Shown here: positions 8,787-18,364 of the stretch, piece after piece
Numbering within the stretch: the first letter of the stretch is position 1
Layout of the letters: every line of letters starts with the position of its first letter
Position numbers and translations under genes: made by a program
The notes under the pieces: model-generated
The model's input: the letters and a program-made list of their open reading frames with translations, nothing else
Told to the model about the DNA's origin: nothing
The model's database searches: none
Assembly (NCBI GenBank): GCA_938002255.1
Contig: CALLAL010000010.1
Coordinates: 2,117 to 66,116, forward strand
From: an uncultured bacterium
GTDB taxonomy: Bacteria; Desulfobacterota; BSN033; UBA1163
Direction: 5' to 3'
DNA: 64,000 bases

Positions 8787-10335
8787 GGGAGAACTCCAAA
8801 ACCCTCCTGAGAAGGGGAAGGTTGAGGTGGGTCTGGTTTTCGAAAGTTCCCAGGTGTGCTTCTTTCTCACGGTTAAGGTCGTAACAGGTGCTCTGCTCCA
8901 CGTCCACCAGGATCCCCGGAAGCCCGATTCTTTCAAAATCGAGCCTGTGTTTTCCATAAAAAGGTTCACAACAGGATCCAATAAATCCACTCGCCCCTGA
9001 TCGTTTGATCTGATGAAGGGTAGCTTCGAGATCTTCATAGCTCTGGATGGTTAAGGCATCCATCCCAAACGATCTTGCCATCTCCATCGCGTCTCCGATG
9101 GAACAGCGGCCACACGCCTCGCACCCCCTCTGGTAACGATAAACGCAGTCCACCTCCTTAGCGCAATAGGGAAGGAGGAGTACTTCCGGTTTTTTTACTT
9201 CTTTAAAAGGTTTCAAAACAGGAAAGAGCCGGTGCGTTTCGATTTCCCTAAAACCGAGCGGGAGAAGGTCCGCTTTTTGAAGAGCCTCTTGAATAGCAAG
9301 GATCAGATGTTTTTCCTGGATGCCAGGGATGTTGGGTTTTGTCTCAGAGAAGAAGTCATGGATGGTACGTTCGATATTGGTGGGTGTGGCTTTTGAGTTC
9401 TTGAGAAAACTTTCAAGATCAAAGATCGCTCTTTTGGGGTAGGCAAAGAAGTCCCCTGTGATGAAAATCTGGTTGATCACCTGTGTCTTCGAATCGAGGG
9501 CGAGAGAGATCCGTATTAATCCCCCGGGTGCTTTGAGGATAGAGGAGAGGGTCTTTCTCCTCGCAGGAGCCTCTCTAACCTTAAATATATATTCGGGTGA
9601 GGAGAAATAAGAAAGTTTTTCTTTTAGCCGGCTTTCTTCTTCTGGAGTGATCGGTTCGGTCACGAATCGAACTCCGAAGCTGTCTTGAAATCCTTTGACC
9701 AGAGCCTCTTTAATGCTTTTTAATGAGGGTGTTCGACCCAACTCCCATTTCAGGCAGGTGACTCGTTCTTTAACAGAATCAATCTCTTTATCCTGTAGTT
9801 TTTCGGTCGGGATCCTGAGGGCTCGTAGCATCTCGTCCACATCAAAATCGACGAGAACTGTTCCCTGGAACAGAATGGCGCCCGATAACTCGGTTCCTCC
9901 TGTTCCTGAAATCTTTCTCCCCCCCACTTCCACGTCATTCCTGGGACGGAAATGGGCTTTCAGGCCAAGCCGCCTTAACCCGTTTGCCGATGCCTCGCCC
10001 ATCTTCCGGTAAAGGTCTTCAATTTTTGATGGAATTCGGGGATCTTTCTTCGAGATATAGATCTCCCATCCCAGTTCTGATTGTCCCCAGTAGAGGGCTC
10101 CACCTCCGGTAAGCCTTCGGTTAATCTCGATGCCCTTTTGCTGGCAGTAATCAAGTCGAATTTCCTCTTCTACGGATTGATGATGACCGACCAGGACCGA
10201 GGGTTTAGAGAATTGAAGAAAGCGAAGCGTTTGGGGAATGTCCCCCTGGGCTTTTAATTCGAGAAGCACCTCATCGAGTGCCATATTCTCGGCCGCTGTG
10301 CGCGCATTGGTATCTAAAAGCCTCCAGGTTTCCAT
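8779..10335 (-). CDS. Lipoate-protein ligase (LplA/sLpl(AB)-like) fused to a C-terminal Cys-rich DUF116-like domain
   Basis: 518 aa. BPL_LplA_LipB catalytic domain with GGRKISGTGG lysine motif and an LplA C-domain. An extra ~170 aa follows: LLLPYCAKEVDCVYRYQRGCEACGRCSIGD...GSCCEPF...STCYD. Confidence 0.75.
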   Translation of the reverse strand: METWRLLDTNARTAAENMALDEVLLELKAQGDIPQTLRFLQFSKPSVLVGHHQSVEEEIRLDYCQQKGIEINRRLTGGGALYWGQSELGWEIYISKKDPRIPSKIEDLYRKMGEASANGLRRLGLKAHFRPRNDVEVGGRKISGTGGTELSGAILFQGTVLVDFDVDEMLRALRIPTEKLQDKEIDSVKERVTCLKWELGRTPSLKSIKEALVKGFQDSFGVRFVTEPITPEEESRLKEKLSYFSSPEYIFKVREAPARRKTLSSILKAPGGLIRISLALDSKTQVINQIFITGDFFAYPKRAIFDLESFLKNSKATPTNIERTIHDFFSETKPNIPGIQEKHLILAIQEALQKADLLPLGFREIETHRLFPVLKPFKEVKKPEVLLLPYCAKEVDCVYRYQRGCEACGRCSIGDAMEMARSFGMDALTIQSYEDLEATLHQIKRSGASGFIGSCCEPFYGKHRLDFERIGLPGILVDVEQSTCYDLNREKEAHLGTFENQTHLNLPLLRRVLEFSHG

Positions 10336-10453
10336 AAAAAAATTTATAAACTATTTTAGGGTGGTCTTCAATGGAGGGAACAGCCTGGCCCGGTCAGATT
10401 TTTTTTCAGAAAAAAAACAAAGAGACACTTTTTATGACAGCCGCCCGGAAGTG

Positions 10454-11077
10454 TTAGGGAGTTCCTTTAGAAAGCGGATCGGGTTCTCGTCCAAACCAGA
10501 TGGAGGCATAACCTTTATAGATTCCTATTCCGATTGCCTTCCATGGATAAGACTTCCAGGTGCCCCGGTTTAGAATCACATCCCGGTGGAGCCTGCTCTT
10601 TTTCCAGGTATTGAAGGCATAATTTGCCGTCATGATGAAGTCCCGATATCTTACATCGGAGTCTCCACAAAAAATTTCAAAACCCATCCCGGGATAGGGG
10701 GTTTTAAGGCGTTTGGGCGCTTCCCACATGCAGGTTAAGGTCCGATCATCGTTCGCATCATAAGAGCAGTTGCTCCAGCCATGTATCCAGTGAAGTCCAC
10801 TGCGAGCGTATAAATGGTGATTTTCAGCCAGGTCACGGATATGGCGATTTGCGACGAGATTGAGACAGGGGGATAGAGAAATGGCAGGGAGGCCGTGGTC
10901 GCTTCGATATTCAGTGAGTAGTTGATAGAGTTTTTTCTCTTCCGCCTCTAAGCCGTCTCCCTCACAGGTTTTTTGGCTCAGGATCTTAGACCCGTGACAT
11001 TCCCCGCCATACGCCATGGTCACCGGTAGCACCAGAAGAGTGAAAAGGAAGCAACATATTTTTAATAAAGAATTCAT
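10454..11077 (-). CDS. Secreted CAP/SCP (PR-1-like) domain protein
   Basis: 207 aa. N-terminal signal peptide, then W..S..H...IL and IGIGIY...IWFG patterns typical of bacterial CAP domains. Confidence 0.55.
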   Translation of the reverse strand: MNSLLKICCFLFTLLVLPVTMAYGGECHGSKILSQKTCEGDGLEAEEKKLYQLLTEYRSDHGLPAISLSPCLNLVANRHIRDLAENHHLYARSGLHWIHGWSNCSYDANDDRTLTCMWEAPKRLKTPYPGMGFEIFCGDSDVRYRDFIMTANYAFNTWKKSRLHRDVILNRGTWKSYPWKAIGIGIYKGYASIWFGREPDPLSKGTP

Positions 11078-11224
11078 CTTTTACCCTTTAGGTTTGAGTA
11101 TAAACCATTCTTCTCTTTAAAGAAAGAGAGAAGCATTCCCCCTTCTTTTCAGGGTTCCCCTTGCGGAAAAGAGACAGAAAATTGTAGACTAAATTTATTT
11201 TAAGAGAACTAAAGGAGACTAACA

Positions 11225-11860
11225 TTGATCAGAATTTTCATCGCCCGGCATGGGGAGACAACCTGGAATGCGGAAGGAAGGATTCAGGGGTGGAGCGATC
11301 CGGAACTGAGTCCCCTGGGACATTCTCAGAGTCTGGCCTTACTGGACCATCTCAAAGATCGACCCATCAAAGCCATTTACAGCAGCCCCCTGAAAAGATC
11401 TTATCTAACCGCTCAACCTATTGCGGACTATCTTGGCACTCCCATACGGAGACAGCCCGAACTCAAAGAGATCGGTTTTGGAATCCTTGAGGGGAAACCC
11501 CTTTTTCAATTTGATGAGGGTTTAAAACAGGAATGGAACCGGTTCAGGGATGATCGTTTCTCTTATCGGATTCCTGGAGCAGAGAATTATGCAGATGTCG
11601 CTCATCGATTAAAACCTTTTGTGGAGAGAGTGCTCACCGAGCACGAAGGCGAGGAGATCCTGATTGTTGGCCATCGGGTCGTCAATCGTCTACTGATTGG
11701 TATGTTCATGGGGCTTCCCCCTGAAAAGACCCTGAAGATCGAACAAACCAATGATTGTCTTTATCTGATCGAACGAAATGAGAAGATCAGAGTCTTTCAT
11801 TATCTGGATGGAGAGGTGAAAGAGGGGCTTCTTCTTGTCGCCAAAGAGGTCAGTTTGTAG
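11225..11860 (+). CDS. Histidine phosphatase family protein (phosphoglycerate-mutase-like)
   Basis: RHGETTWN catalytic motif near the N-terminus. TTG start with AGGAG SD 7 nt upstream. Confidence 0.8.
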   Translation: MIRIFIARHGETTWNAEGRIQGWSDPELSPLGHSQSLALLDHLKDRPIKAIYSSPLKRSYLTAQPIADYLGTPIRRQPELKEIGFGILEGKPLFQFDEGLKQEWNRFRDDRFSYRIPGAENYADVAHRLKPFVERVLTEHEGEEILIVGHRVVNRLLIGMFMGLPPEKTLKIEQTNDCLYLIERNEKIRVFHYLDGEVKEGLLLVAKEVSL

Positions 11861-11884
11861 AAAAAGAAAAACAGAGAGTGAAAG

Positions 11885-12523
11885 GTGATGGACGGCAGAC
11901 AGGGGCAAAAGATTCGATGTGTCATCTATGATTGCGACGGAGTCCTTTTCGACTCTTTTGAGGCAAACACCCGATTGTATAATGACCTGTGTGTGAGCGT
12001 GGGAAGAGAACCCCTGAGGACAGAAGAGATGGAGTATGTCCACTCTCATACCGTTTACGAAGCCATTCACTTTATTTTCGGTTATGGGGACGATCTGGAG
12101 AAAAAGGCACTGGAAGCCCTTAAGCAGATCGATCTGAGAAATTACATCGGCTACCTTAAGATGGAGCCTCACCTTTTTGAGGCATTACATCGGTTGAAAG
12201 AAAGAGGAATTTTCCGGGCCATCAATACCAACCGAACCACTTCGATGCCATATATCATGGAGCGGTTCAGCCTTTGGTCGGTTTTTGAGATGGTGGTGAC
12301 AGCCCTTGATGTCAAACATCCGAAACCCCACCCGGAATCCATTGAGAAAATCCTCCTGAACTTCAATCTGGGCAAAGGGGAAGTGGTTTTTATCGGAGAT
12401 TCTGACGTTGACCGGCAGACTGCCCGTTCCTCAGGCATTCTTTTCATCGCCTATAAAAATGGAGCCCTCGAAGCCGACTTCCATCTCGAAGATCACCTTG
12501 ACCTATTTTATTTCCTCACTTAA
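11885..12523 (+). CDS. HAD-superfamily hydrolase (phosphoglycolate-phosphatase-like)
   Basis: DCDGVLFDS motif I and GDSDVD motif IV. Confidence 0.75.
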   Translation: MMDGRQGQKIRCVIYDCDGVLFDSFEANTRLYNDLCVSVGREPLRTEEMEYVHSHTVYEAIHFIFGYGDDLEKKALEALKQIDLRNYIGYLKMEPHLFEALHRLKERGIFRAINTNRTTSMPYIMERFSLWSVFEMVVTALDVKHPKPHPESIEKILLNFNLGKGEVVFIGDSDVDRQTARSSGILFIAYKNGALEADFHLEDHLDLFYFLT

Positions 12524-12590
12524 ATTCCCTGTTTGCCAAGTTCATCAGAAAGTTGCATGGATCAGCCTTTTTTGATATAAAGGGCTTACC

Positions 12591-13832
12591 ATGCCTGTTC
12601 GAAAGGAAGATTTTTCTTTCCCCAAAAAACTTGAGACCGAAGCTGAAGAATGGCTCAAGGAGGGGATCATTGATTCCAATCAAAAGAGCTGGATTCTCGA
12701 ACGATACCGACTGCTTCAAAAGGTGGAAGAGAGGGCAGGTCCCGGAAGGTTGATCACTACCCTTTCCGTTCTCGGCTCACTTCTCGTCGGCATCGGCATC
12801 ATCCTCTTTATCGCCTCAAATTGGTCAGCCATTTCTAAATTGGGGAAACTGTTGATCATATTCATTTCATTGGCCGGGAGTTATGGATTGGGATTCTATT
12901 GCCGGTATGAAAAGGGGCATTATCCCAAAGTCGGTGCCTCCCTGATCCTTCTCGGGTCGCTCATCTTCGGAGCAGGGATTTTTTTGATCGCTCAGATTTA
13001 TCACCTCAAGGCCCATCAACCCAACGGGCTTCTCCTCTGGGGAGCAGGGGTTCTTCCTTTAGCCTATTATTTGGGGTTTAAAAGTTTGATGACTCTATGC
13101 CTGGTTGATCTCTTGGTCTGGCTCGGGATGGAGGCCTCCTATCGGATGTCCTACGTTGAACTGGTACCGCCGGATATTTTTGCCCTCATCCTTTTATTCT
13201 GGACAGCCGGCCTTACCCTGTGGGCCATAGGTCTCTGGCACCGGGAATGGGCATCGCTGAAGATGATTTCCACCCCTTTTATTTTAATGGGAGCATTCCT
13301 TACTTTCTTCATCGGATTCCTTTCGACCTTCTTCAGGCCGGGCCTTTCAGAATACGTGATTCAACTGCATGCAAACTCAACCCTTTTGATCTCCTTCTAT
13401 CCGGTACTGATCATCCTGTTTCTGATCGCAGTGATCTTTCGGCTTCTTCCGGACCGAAAGGAGAGAGGATGGATCTATGAAACCATTGGCCTCATGATCC
13501 TTCTCGCCATTGTCCTCATCCTTTCTCTCTATCTCCAGTGGGCTCTTTTCAGTTTTAAAGGAAGTCTCAGGTTGATCTTTAACCTCCTTTTTCTTCTTCA
13601 GATCATTGGTCTCATTTTCCTCGGTTTCATCCGGAGATATTCTGTTTATGTCAATATCGGGCTTCTCTTCTTTTCTCTCGATGTGTTTGCAAGATATTTT
13701 GATTTGTTCTGGGAACTTCTCCCCCGGTCTCTCTTTTTCATTTTCGGAGGGCTTCTCCTTCTCTTCGGAGGCATCTATCTTGAAAGAAAGCGAAGGAAGA
13801 TTCTTGCTTCCTTCCACTTAAAAGAGGTTTGA
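12591..13832 (+). CDS. Polytopic membrane protein, DUF2157-like
   Basis: 413 aa. Short soluble N-terminus followed by about 10 TM segments, immediately before a GDYXXLXY protein, which is a recurrent pairing. Confidence 0.5.
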   Translation: MPVRKEDFSFPKKLETEAEEWLKEGIIDSNQKSWILERYRLLQKVEERAGPGRLITTLSVLGSLLVGIGIILFIASNWSAISKLGKLLIIFISLAGSYGLGFYCRYEKGHYPKVGASLILLGSLIFGAGIFLIAQIYHLKAHQPNGLLLWGAGVLPLAYYLGFKSLMTLCLVDLLVWLGMEASYRMSYVELVPPDIFALILLFWTAGLTLWAIGLWHREWASLKMISTPFILMGAFLTFFIGFLSTFFRPGLSEYVIQLHANSTLLISFYPVLIILFLIAVIFRLLPDRKERGWIYETIGLMILLAIVLILSLYLQWALFSFKGSLRLIFNLLFLLQIIGLIFLGFIRRYSVYVNIGLLFFSLDVFARYFDLFWELLPRSLFFIFGGLLLLFGGIYLERKRRKILASFHLKEV

Positions 13833-13835
13833 AGA

Positions 13836-14567
13836 ATGAGAAAGAAGTTCATCCTCCTGATCCTGTTGCAGGTGGTTCTTCTGGCAGGGATGATTGTCTA
13901 CCGGCACTATTGGGTCATCACCGGAAAGAAACTCCTGTTAAGGATAGAACCTGTGGATCCAAGGGATATTTTCAGGGGAGATTATGTGCGACTCCGGTAT
14001 GAAATCTCAAGTCTCAACCTGGGAGAGATGGGGATTGAGGAGTCATTCCAACCGAGGGAGAGGGTCTACGTCCATCTCGAACAAAACCCGGATGGAACCT
14101 ACAGGGCCACCTCCGTGAGCAGGGAGCCTCCTTCAGGGAAGATATTTATTCAGGGAAGGGCGAGGTACACGACGACATTAACGAAGTGGGAAGTCACACT
14201 CATAGATGATGAGGGGCAGACTCATTTTTTGAAACCATCGTGGTTTGGGAGTGTGAAAAAGGGAGATCGAGTAACCTTCTGCCTGGATAACCAGGGCGGG
14301 GTGGTCGAGAGTTTTAAAGAAAGCGATTCTTATAAACCTACCTGCAAAGGACCTTCCCTCCAGGGGCTCATTGAAGAGATTCAAACCTTTAAATCGAAGG
14401 TTTTGGAGGTGGAATACGGCATCGAGAGTTTTTTCGTTGAAGAAGGAAAAGGGAAGAGAATCGAATCTTCAAGGGATACGAAAAAAGTGGTTCTGGAAAT
14501 TGCCCTTCGCAAAGACGGGAGGGGGACGATTGCTGCTTTATTGATGGAAGGGAAAAGGTTTGAATAG
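13836..14567 (+). CDS. GDYXXLXY domain-containing membrane-anchored protein
   Basis: 243 aa. N-terminal TM and the literal motif GDYVRLRY. Confidence 0.65.
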   Translation: MRKKFILLILLQVVLLAGMIVYRHYWVITGKKLLLRIEPVDPRDIFRGDYVRLRYEISSLNLGEMGIEESFQPRERVYVHLEQNPDGTYRATSVSREPPSGKIFIQGRARYTTTLTKWEVTLIDDEGQTHFLKPSWFGSVKKGDRVTFCLDNQGGVVESFKESDSYKPTCKGPSLQGLIEEIQTFKSKVLEVEYGIESFFVEEGKGKRIESSRDTKKVVLEIALRKDGRGTIAALLMEGKRFE

Positions 14568-14575
14568 CATAGCGT

Positions 14576-15592
14576 TCAAGGAATGAAGGCAACCCTTGCT
14601 TTCAGGTTTGGCGAGAGAAGAGTTTTTCCTGCCTGATCGACGATAAAACATTCTACATCCTCGAGCTTTTGACACAGAGTGTTCCCCTTTTCAGGGCCAA
14701 GGACAAAGACGGCAGTGGCCAGTGCGTCAGCCATCATCGAACTCTGAGCAAGGATTGTCACACTCTGGCATCCGTTCGCCGGAAAACCTGTTTTAGGGTT
14801 GAGGATGTGATGATAGCGTTTCCCCTGATGAATAAAGAATTTTTCATAATCCCCTGAAGTGGCAACGGCCGAGTCGGACACAGAGATCTTGGCCATGATC
14901 TTTTCGTTTGATCTCGGGTGCTGAATCCCGATAGACCAGGGTTTATGATTGTTCGTCCCTCCAGTCCTTAAATCCCCGCCAGCGTTAACAATAAGGTTTT
15001 TAAAACTTAGAGACATTAACATCTCGAACGCCCGGTCCACCGCATAGCCTTTTGCAATTCCGCCAAGATCGATGGCCATCCCCTTCCTTTTCAAAAGGAC
15101 TTTTCCTTCCGAGTGGACCAATAAATCTCTGAAATTGACCAATGGTAGAAGGCGTCTCACTTCTTCAGAAGAAGGAGGGATTCCTTTCTCTCTCGCCTTT
15201 CTCCAAAGATCCACAAGAGGGGCGATCGTCATATCAAAGGCTCCGTCTGATAGTGTAGATATTTTTTGAGCTCTTTTGATCACTTCCAGTGTTTCTGGAG
15301 AAACCTTAACCCATTGCTGTCCCGCAGAACGATTAACACGGAAGACATCACTCCTTTCAATCCATGGGCTCATCAACTGCTCAATCCATTTGATCTCCTG
15401 AAAAGCCTGGAGAGAGGCTTTTCTTGCTGGTTCTTCATCATCGCTCAGGAGGGTTATTTCGATGAAAGTCCCCATGGCGACCTGATGATATTTGTATACG
15501 TTCGTGGACAAGGAAGGGGAAGAGAAGGTGGGTAGAAAGATGATACAAAAAATGACACAAATGGAGATAGGGTAAACACCTTTCTTCTTCAT
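14576..15592 (-). CDS. apbE: FAD:protein FMN transferase
   Basis: 338 aa. Signal/lipoprotein-like N-terminus, AMGTFIEITL and other ApbE family motifs. 4 nt downstream of a gene encoding an FMN_bind acceptor motif. Confidence 0.85.
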   Translation of the reverse strand: MKKKGVYPISICVIFCIIFLPTFSSPSLSTNVYKYHQVAMGTFIEITLLSDDEEPARKASLQAFQEIKWIEQLMSPWIERSDVFRVNRSAGQQWVKVSPETLEVIKRAQKISTLSDGAFDMTIAPLVDLWRKAREKGIPPSSEEVRRLLPLVNFRDLLVHSEGKVLLKRKGMAIDLGGIAKGYAVDRAFEMLMSLSFKNLIVNAGGDLRTGGTNNHKPWSIGIQHPRSNEKIMAKISVSDSAVATSGDYEKFFIHQGKRYHHILNPKTGFPANGCQSVTILAQSSMMADALATAVFVLGPEKGNTLCQKLEDVECFIVDQAGKTLLSPNLKARVAFIP

Positions 15593-15596
15593 GACC

Positions 15597-16697
15597 TCAC
15601 TTCATATATCCTTCTTTCTTCAGTCTTTCAAAAATCTCTTTGGCTCTATCGAGGCTATCAAAGATTAAAACCGCTGTGATGGTGGCTCCTGAAACCGAAT
15701 CGACGTTAGCGTCGAAGGAGAAGGGTTTCAGGAGGGACCGCCCCACGGTGCGGCTCTTTAATTTCTTGATCTCTTCCTCTGTCCAATGGAGGTTGTCGAT
15801 TTTGGTGAGCTGAATAGGGACGATATCGATCACCTTCCCCGTGGAATCAAAGGTGTAAATGAAAAAGGTATCATGGCAGATGTCGCAGACGGCCCGCCTG
15901 CCTACCAATTTTGAGAAGAGGTTTTCCTGCCGGCCTCCCAGATCGACTTTCCCGACAAAGATCGTGTCTCCATCCTTAAGAACAACCTTATCCATTTGAA
16001 GGACCTTGCCTCCTGAAGCTTCCATCCCCTTTCTGGCTCTCGCCCGCAATTCCTCTTCGGTCATAGGGGGAGTGAGATCATCACCCTCGTAGATCGTCCC
16101 TTTCTTAGGTTTAAGAAGGGCGAGGTTGTACTGAAGCACTGCTCTTGTTTCAGAAAAAATCTTCTCCTTTGATTCGATTAGACCAAGATGGGTGCTGACG
16201 ACCACGCCATTTCCCTGAGAATCTTTTCTCACCCAGATGGTGAAAGGGGTTCGAGGGCTTCCAACAGCCATGTGAGCTTCGAATTTTGGATCACTCAAGA
16301 TGGGGTAGGGGATTTGATACTCTTCTTTGAAAGCTTTTACTTCATCGGGATTATTGCCAGCGGCGATTCCGATCATCTTCACCTTGTCCTTTAAGGTCGG
16401 GTTCTGCTTGATGGATGAGTATAATTCAACGAAAATAGGGGCCTGCTTCTGACAATTAAAGCAGTAGGTGTTGAGCAGTTCGACGAGGATCAACTCACCC
16501 TTGATCTCACGGAAAGAGAATTTAGTCTTTGGGAGGACTCCGAGGTAAGTCTGTTCCCCTTTACTCAAAGGCTGAGTGAAGGTAAGATTGGGGAAAGGGA
16601 TCGCAAACCCCATTGTTTGAGCTTCGCTCCCTGCCCATGGATAAAGGAAAAAGAAGAATGAATGAAGAATCCAAATGACCGAAAAGACCTGCTTCAT
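15597..16697 (-). CDS. Exported thioredoxin-fold (TlpA/redoxin-like, CFNC) protein fused to a C-terminal FMN_bind domain carrying the flavinylation motif
   Basis: Start moved to ATG 16697 (MKQVFSVIW..., AGGAGG SD). CFNC active site, C-terminal DSVSGATITA (ApbE target motif) and an internal CDICH. Confidence 0.7.
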   Translation of the reverse strand: MKQVFSVIWILHSFFFFLYPWAGSEAQTMGFAIPFPNLTFTQPLSKGEQTYLGVLPKTKFSFREIKGELILVELLNTYCFNCQKQAPIFVELYSSIKQNPTLKDKVKMIGIAAGNNPDEVKAFKEEYQIPYPILSDPKFEAHMAVGSPRTPFTIWVRKDSQGNGVVVSTHLGLIESKEKIFSETRAVLQYNLALLKPKKGTIYEGDDLTPPMTEEELRARARKGMEASGGKVLQMDKVVLKDGDTIFVGKVDLGGRQENLFSKLVGRRAVCDICHDTFFIYTFDSTGKVIDIVPIQLTKIDNLHWTEEEIKKLKSRTVGRSLLKPFSFDANVDSVSGATITAVLIFDSLDRAKEIFERLKKEGYMK

Positions 16698-16899
16698 CAG
16701 CGTCCCCCTCCTTTCTCTGAATCTGCGAGATTCTAATAATACCATTACTCTAAAAGGGAGTGGAATGCAAAAAAACTTTCTTTAAAAACAGGATCCTCTG
16801 TTTTTCAGGAAAGTATCATGGGCAAAATGGCAATGGCAAGAGGGAGGTTGTATAATAAGGCAAATTGATTAAGAAAGAACAATCGGTTGAGGAGAGGTG

Positions 16900-17646
16900 A
16901 TGACCCACAAAATCAGAGAGTCCACCTTAAAAGTCATCCTGCTCCACCACACTCCCCATCCGGAGGAAGTGGTGGCTCTGGCCGCAAAGCTCTGTTATAG
17001 TCCTGCGGACCTCAGGTCATTAAAAAAGAGGATCAAAACCAAAGACCAGAAGGGGTTTGTTAAAAAACTGATGGAGATGGGCCATGTCAGCCCGATCGAA
17101 CATGCTTCCTTCACGTTCGCCATCGAAGGGATCTCAAGAGCCTGCAGCCATCAACTGGTCAGACACCGGCTTGCCTCCTACTCCCAGCAATCGCAGAGAT
17201 ATATCAGTGAAGAAAAAGGATTTGAGTATATCATCCCTCCCGTGATTAAGGCGGATAAAGTGTTGAAGAAATATTTTGAAGGTTTCATGGTCCAAGCCCA
17301 GAGGGCATACGATGAGATCGTCAAAAGGCTTCATGAGAAAGGGATTCAGGGAGAATTGGCTAACCAGGATGCACGATTTGTTCTTCCCAATGCGGTAGAT
17401 ACAAAGATCATGGTGACCATGAATGCCCGAGAGTTACTTCACTTTTTTAGAATGCGTTGCTGCTACCGTTCTCAATGGGAGATCCGACAGGTGGCTGAGG
17501 AAATGCTCAGGCGGTGCCAGAGCGTGGCCCCGACGATCTTTGAAAGAGGGGGCCCTCCCTGTCTTTCGGGGCCCTGTCCTGAAGGGGCGTATAGTTGTGG
17601 CAGGAGGAAAGAGGTGAGAGCGCGATACCTGAAAAAGGAGGAATGA
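16900..17646 (+). CDS. thyX: Flavin-dependent thymidylate synthase
   Basis: ThyX signature RHRLASYSQQSQRY. Confidence 0.9.
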   Translation: MTHKIRESTLKVILLHHTPHPEEVVALAAKLCYSPADLRSLKKRIKTKDQKGFVKKLMEMGHVSPIEHASFTFAIEGISRACSHQLVRHRLASYSQQSQRYISEEKGFEYIIPPVIKADKVLKKYFEGFMVQAQRAYDEIVKRLHEKGIQGELANQDARFVLPNAVDTKIMVTMNARELLHFFRMRCCYRSQWEIRQVAEEMLRRCQSVAPTIFERGGPPCLSGPCPEGAYSCGRRKEVRARYLKKEE

Positions 17647-17649
17647 CCT

Positions 17650-18291
17650 ATGGAACAATGGCAGAAGTGGTTTCAGGAAAAACAGGTTGAAAGGACGATC
17701 GATGCCTTAAAGAAAAATAACTTTGGGGCTCTCTTTGTACCGGATTCTAAATCCGCCTGCGAAGAGGTGATGAAGCAGATACCGGACGGAGCAACCGTTG
17801 CAGTGGGAGGCTCTGTCACGTTGGGACAGATTGAATTACTTGAGGCTCTTGGAAATCGAAAGATTCGATTTCTCTGGCCCATGCGTCAGGGTAAGACAAC
17901 TGAAGAAGTCATGGATCTGATAAGGCAATCCTTCTCAGCAGATGTCTTTATTTCAAGCACGAATGCAATTACCGAGGATGGAAAACTCTTTAATGTTGAT
18001 GCCTCAGGCAATCGGGTCGGAGCCATGTTGATCGGACCCCAAAAAACGATCATCGTCTGTGGGGTGAACAAGATTGTAAAGGATATTGAGGCAGCGGAGA
18101 AGAGGCTGAAGGAATGGACAGCCCCTCAAAATGCCAAACGGCTTGGCAGAAAGACGCCCTGCGCAGAGACAGGTGTGTGCGCTGATTGTAAATCTCCGGA
18201 ACGAATTTGCAATATCTATGTAACGTTAGCCAAGAAACCGACGCGTATCGATATGAACGTGATTCTTGTGGGAGAGACCTTGGGGATTTAA
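17650..18291 (+). CDS. LUD-domain (lactate utilization / YkgG-like) protein
   Basis: 213 aa with SSTNAITEDGKLFNVDASGNRV, typical of the LUD/DUF162 family. Confidence 0.65.
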   Translation: MEQWQKWFQEKQVERTIDALKKNNFGALFVPDSKSACEEVMKQIPDGATVAVGGSVTLGQIELLEALGNRKIRFLWPMRQGKTTEEVMDLIRQSFSADVFISSTNAITEDGKLFNVDASGNRVGAMLIGPQKTIIVCGVNKIVKDIEAAEKRLKEWTAPQNAKRLGRKTPCAETGVCADCKSPERICNIYVTLAKKPTRIDMNVILVGETLGI

Positions 18292-18298
18292 TCAAGAA

Positions 18299-18316
18299 GG
18301 GCAAAAAGCTTTGCCC
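18299..18316. terminator. Hairpin between convergent genes (possible bidirectional terminator)
   Basis: GGGCAAA-AAGC-TTTGCCC, with no clear U-tract. Confidence 0.35.
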
Positions 18317-18364
18317 ATCCCGCTTGGTGTTTCATCAATAAATGTTTTCCTGATACCCTGAGCC

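Noticed and set aside
8787-9038. N-terminal 84-aa extension of the FAD oxidoreductase ORF (track start 9038).
   Set aside because: It would overlap the DUF116 domain of the ligase gene by 260 nt. The Rossmann fold begins right after Met85, and ATG 8786 overlaps the upstream stop in a coupling arrangement.
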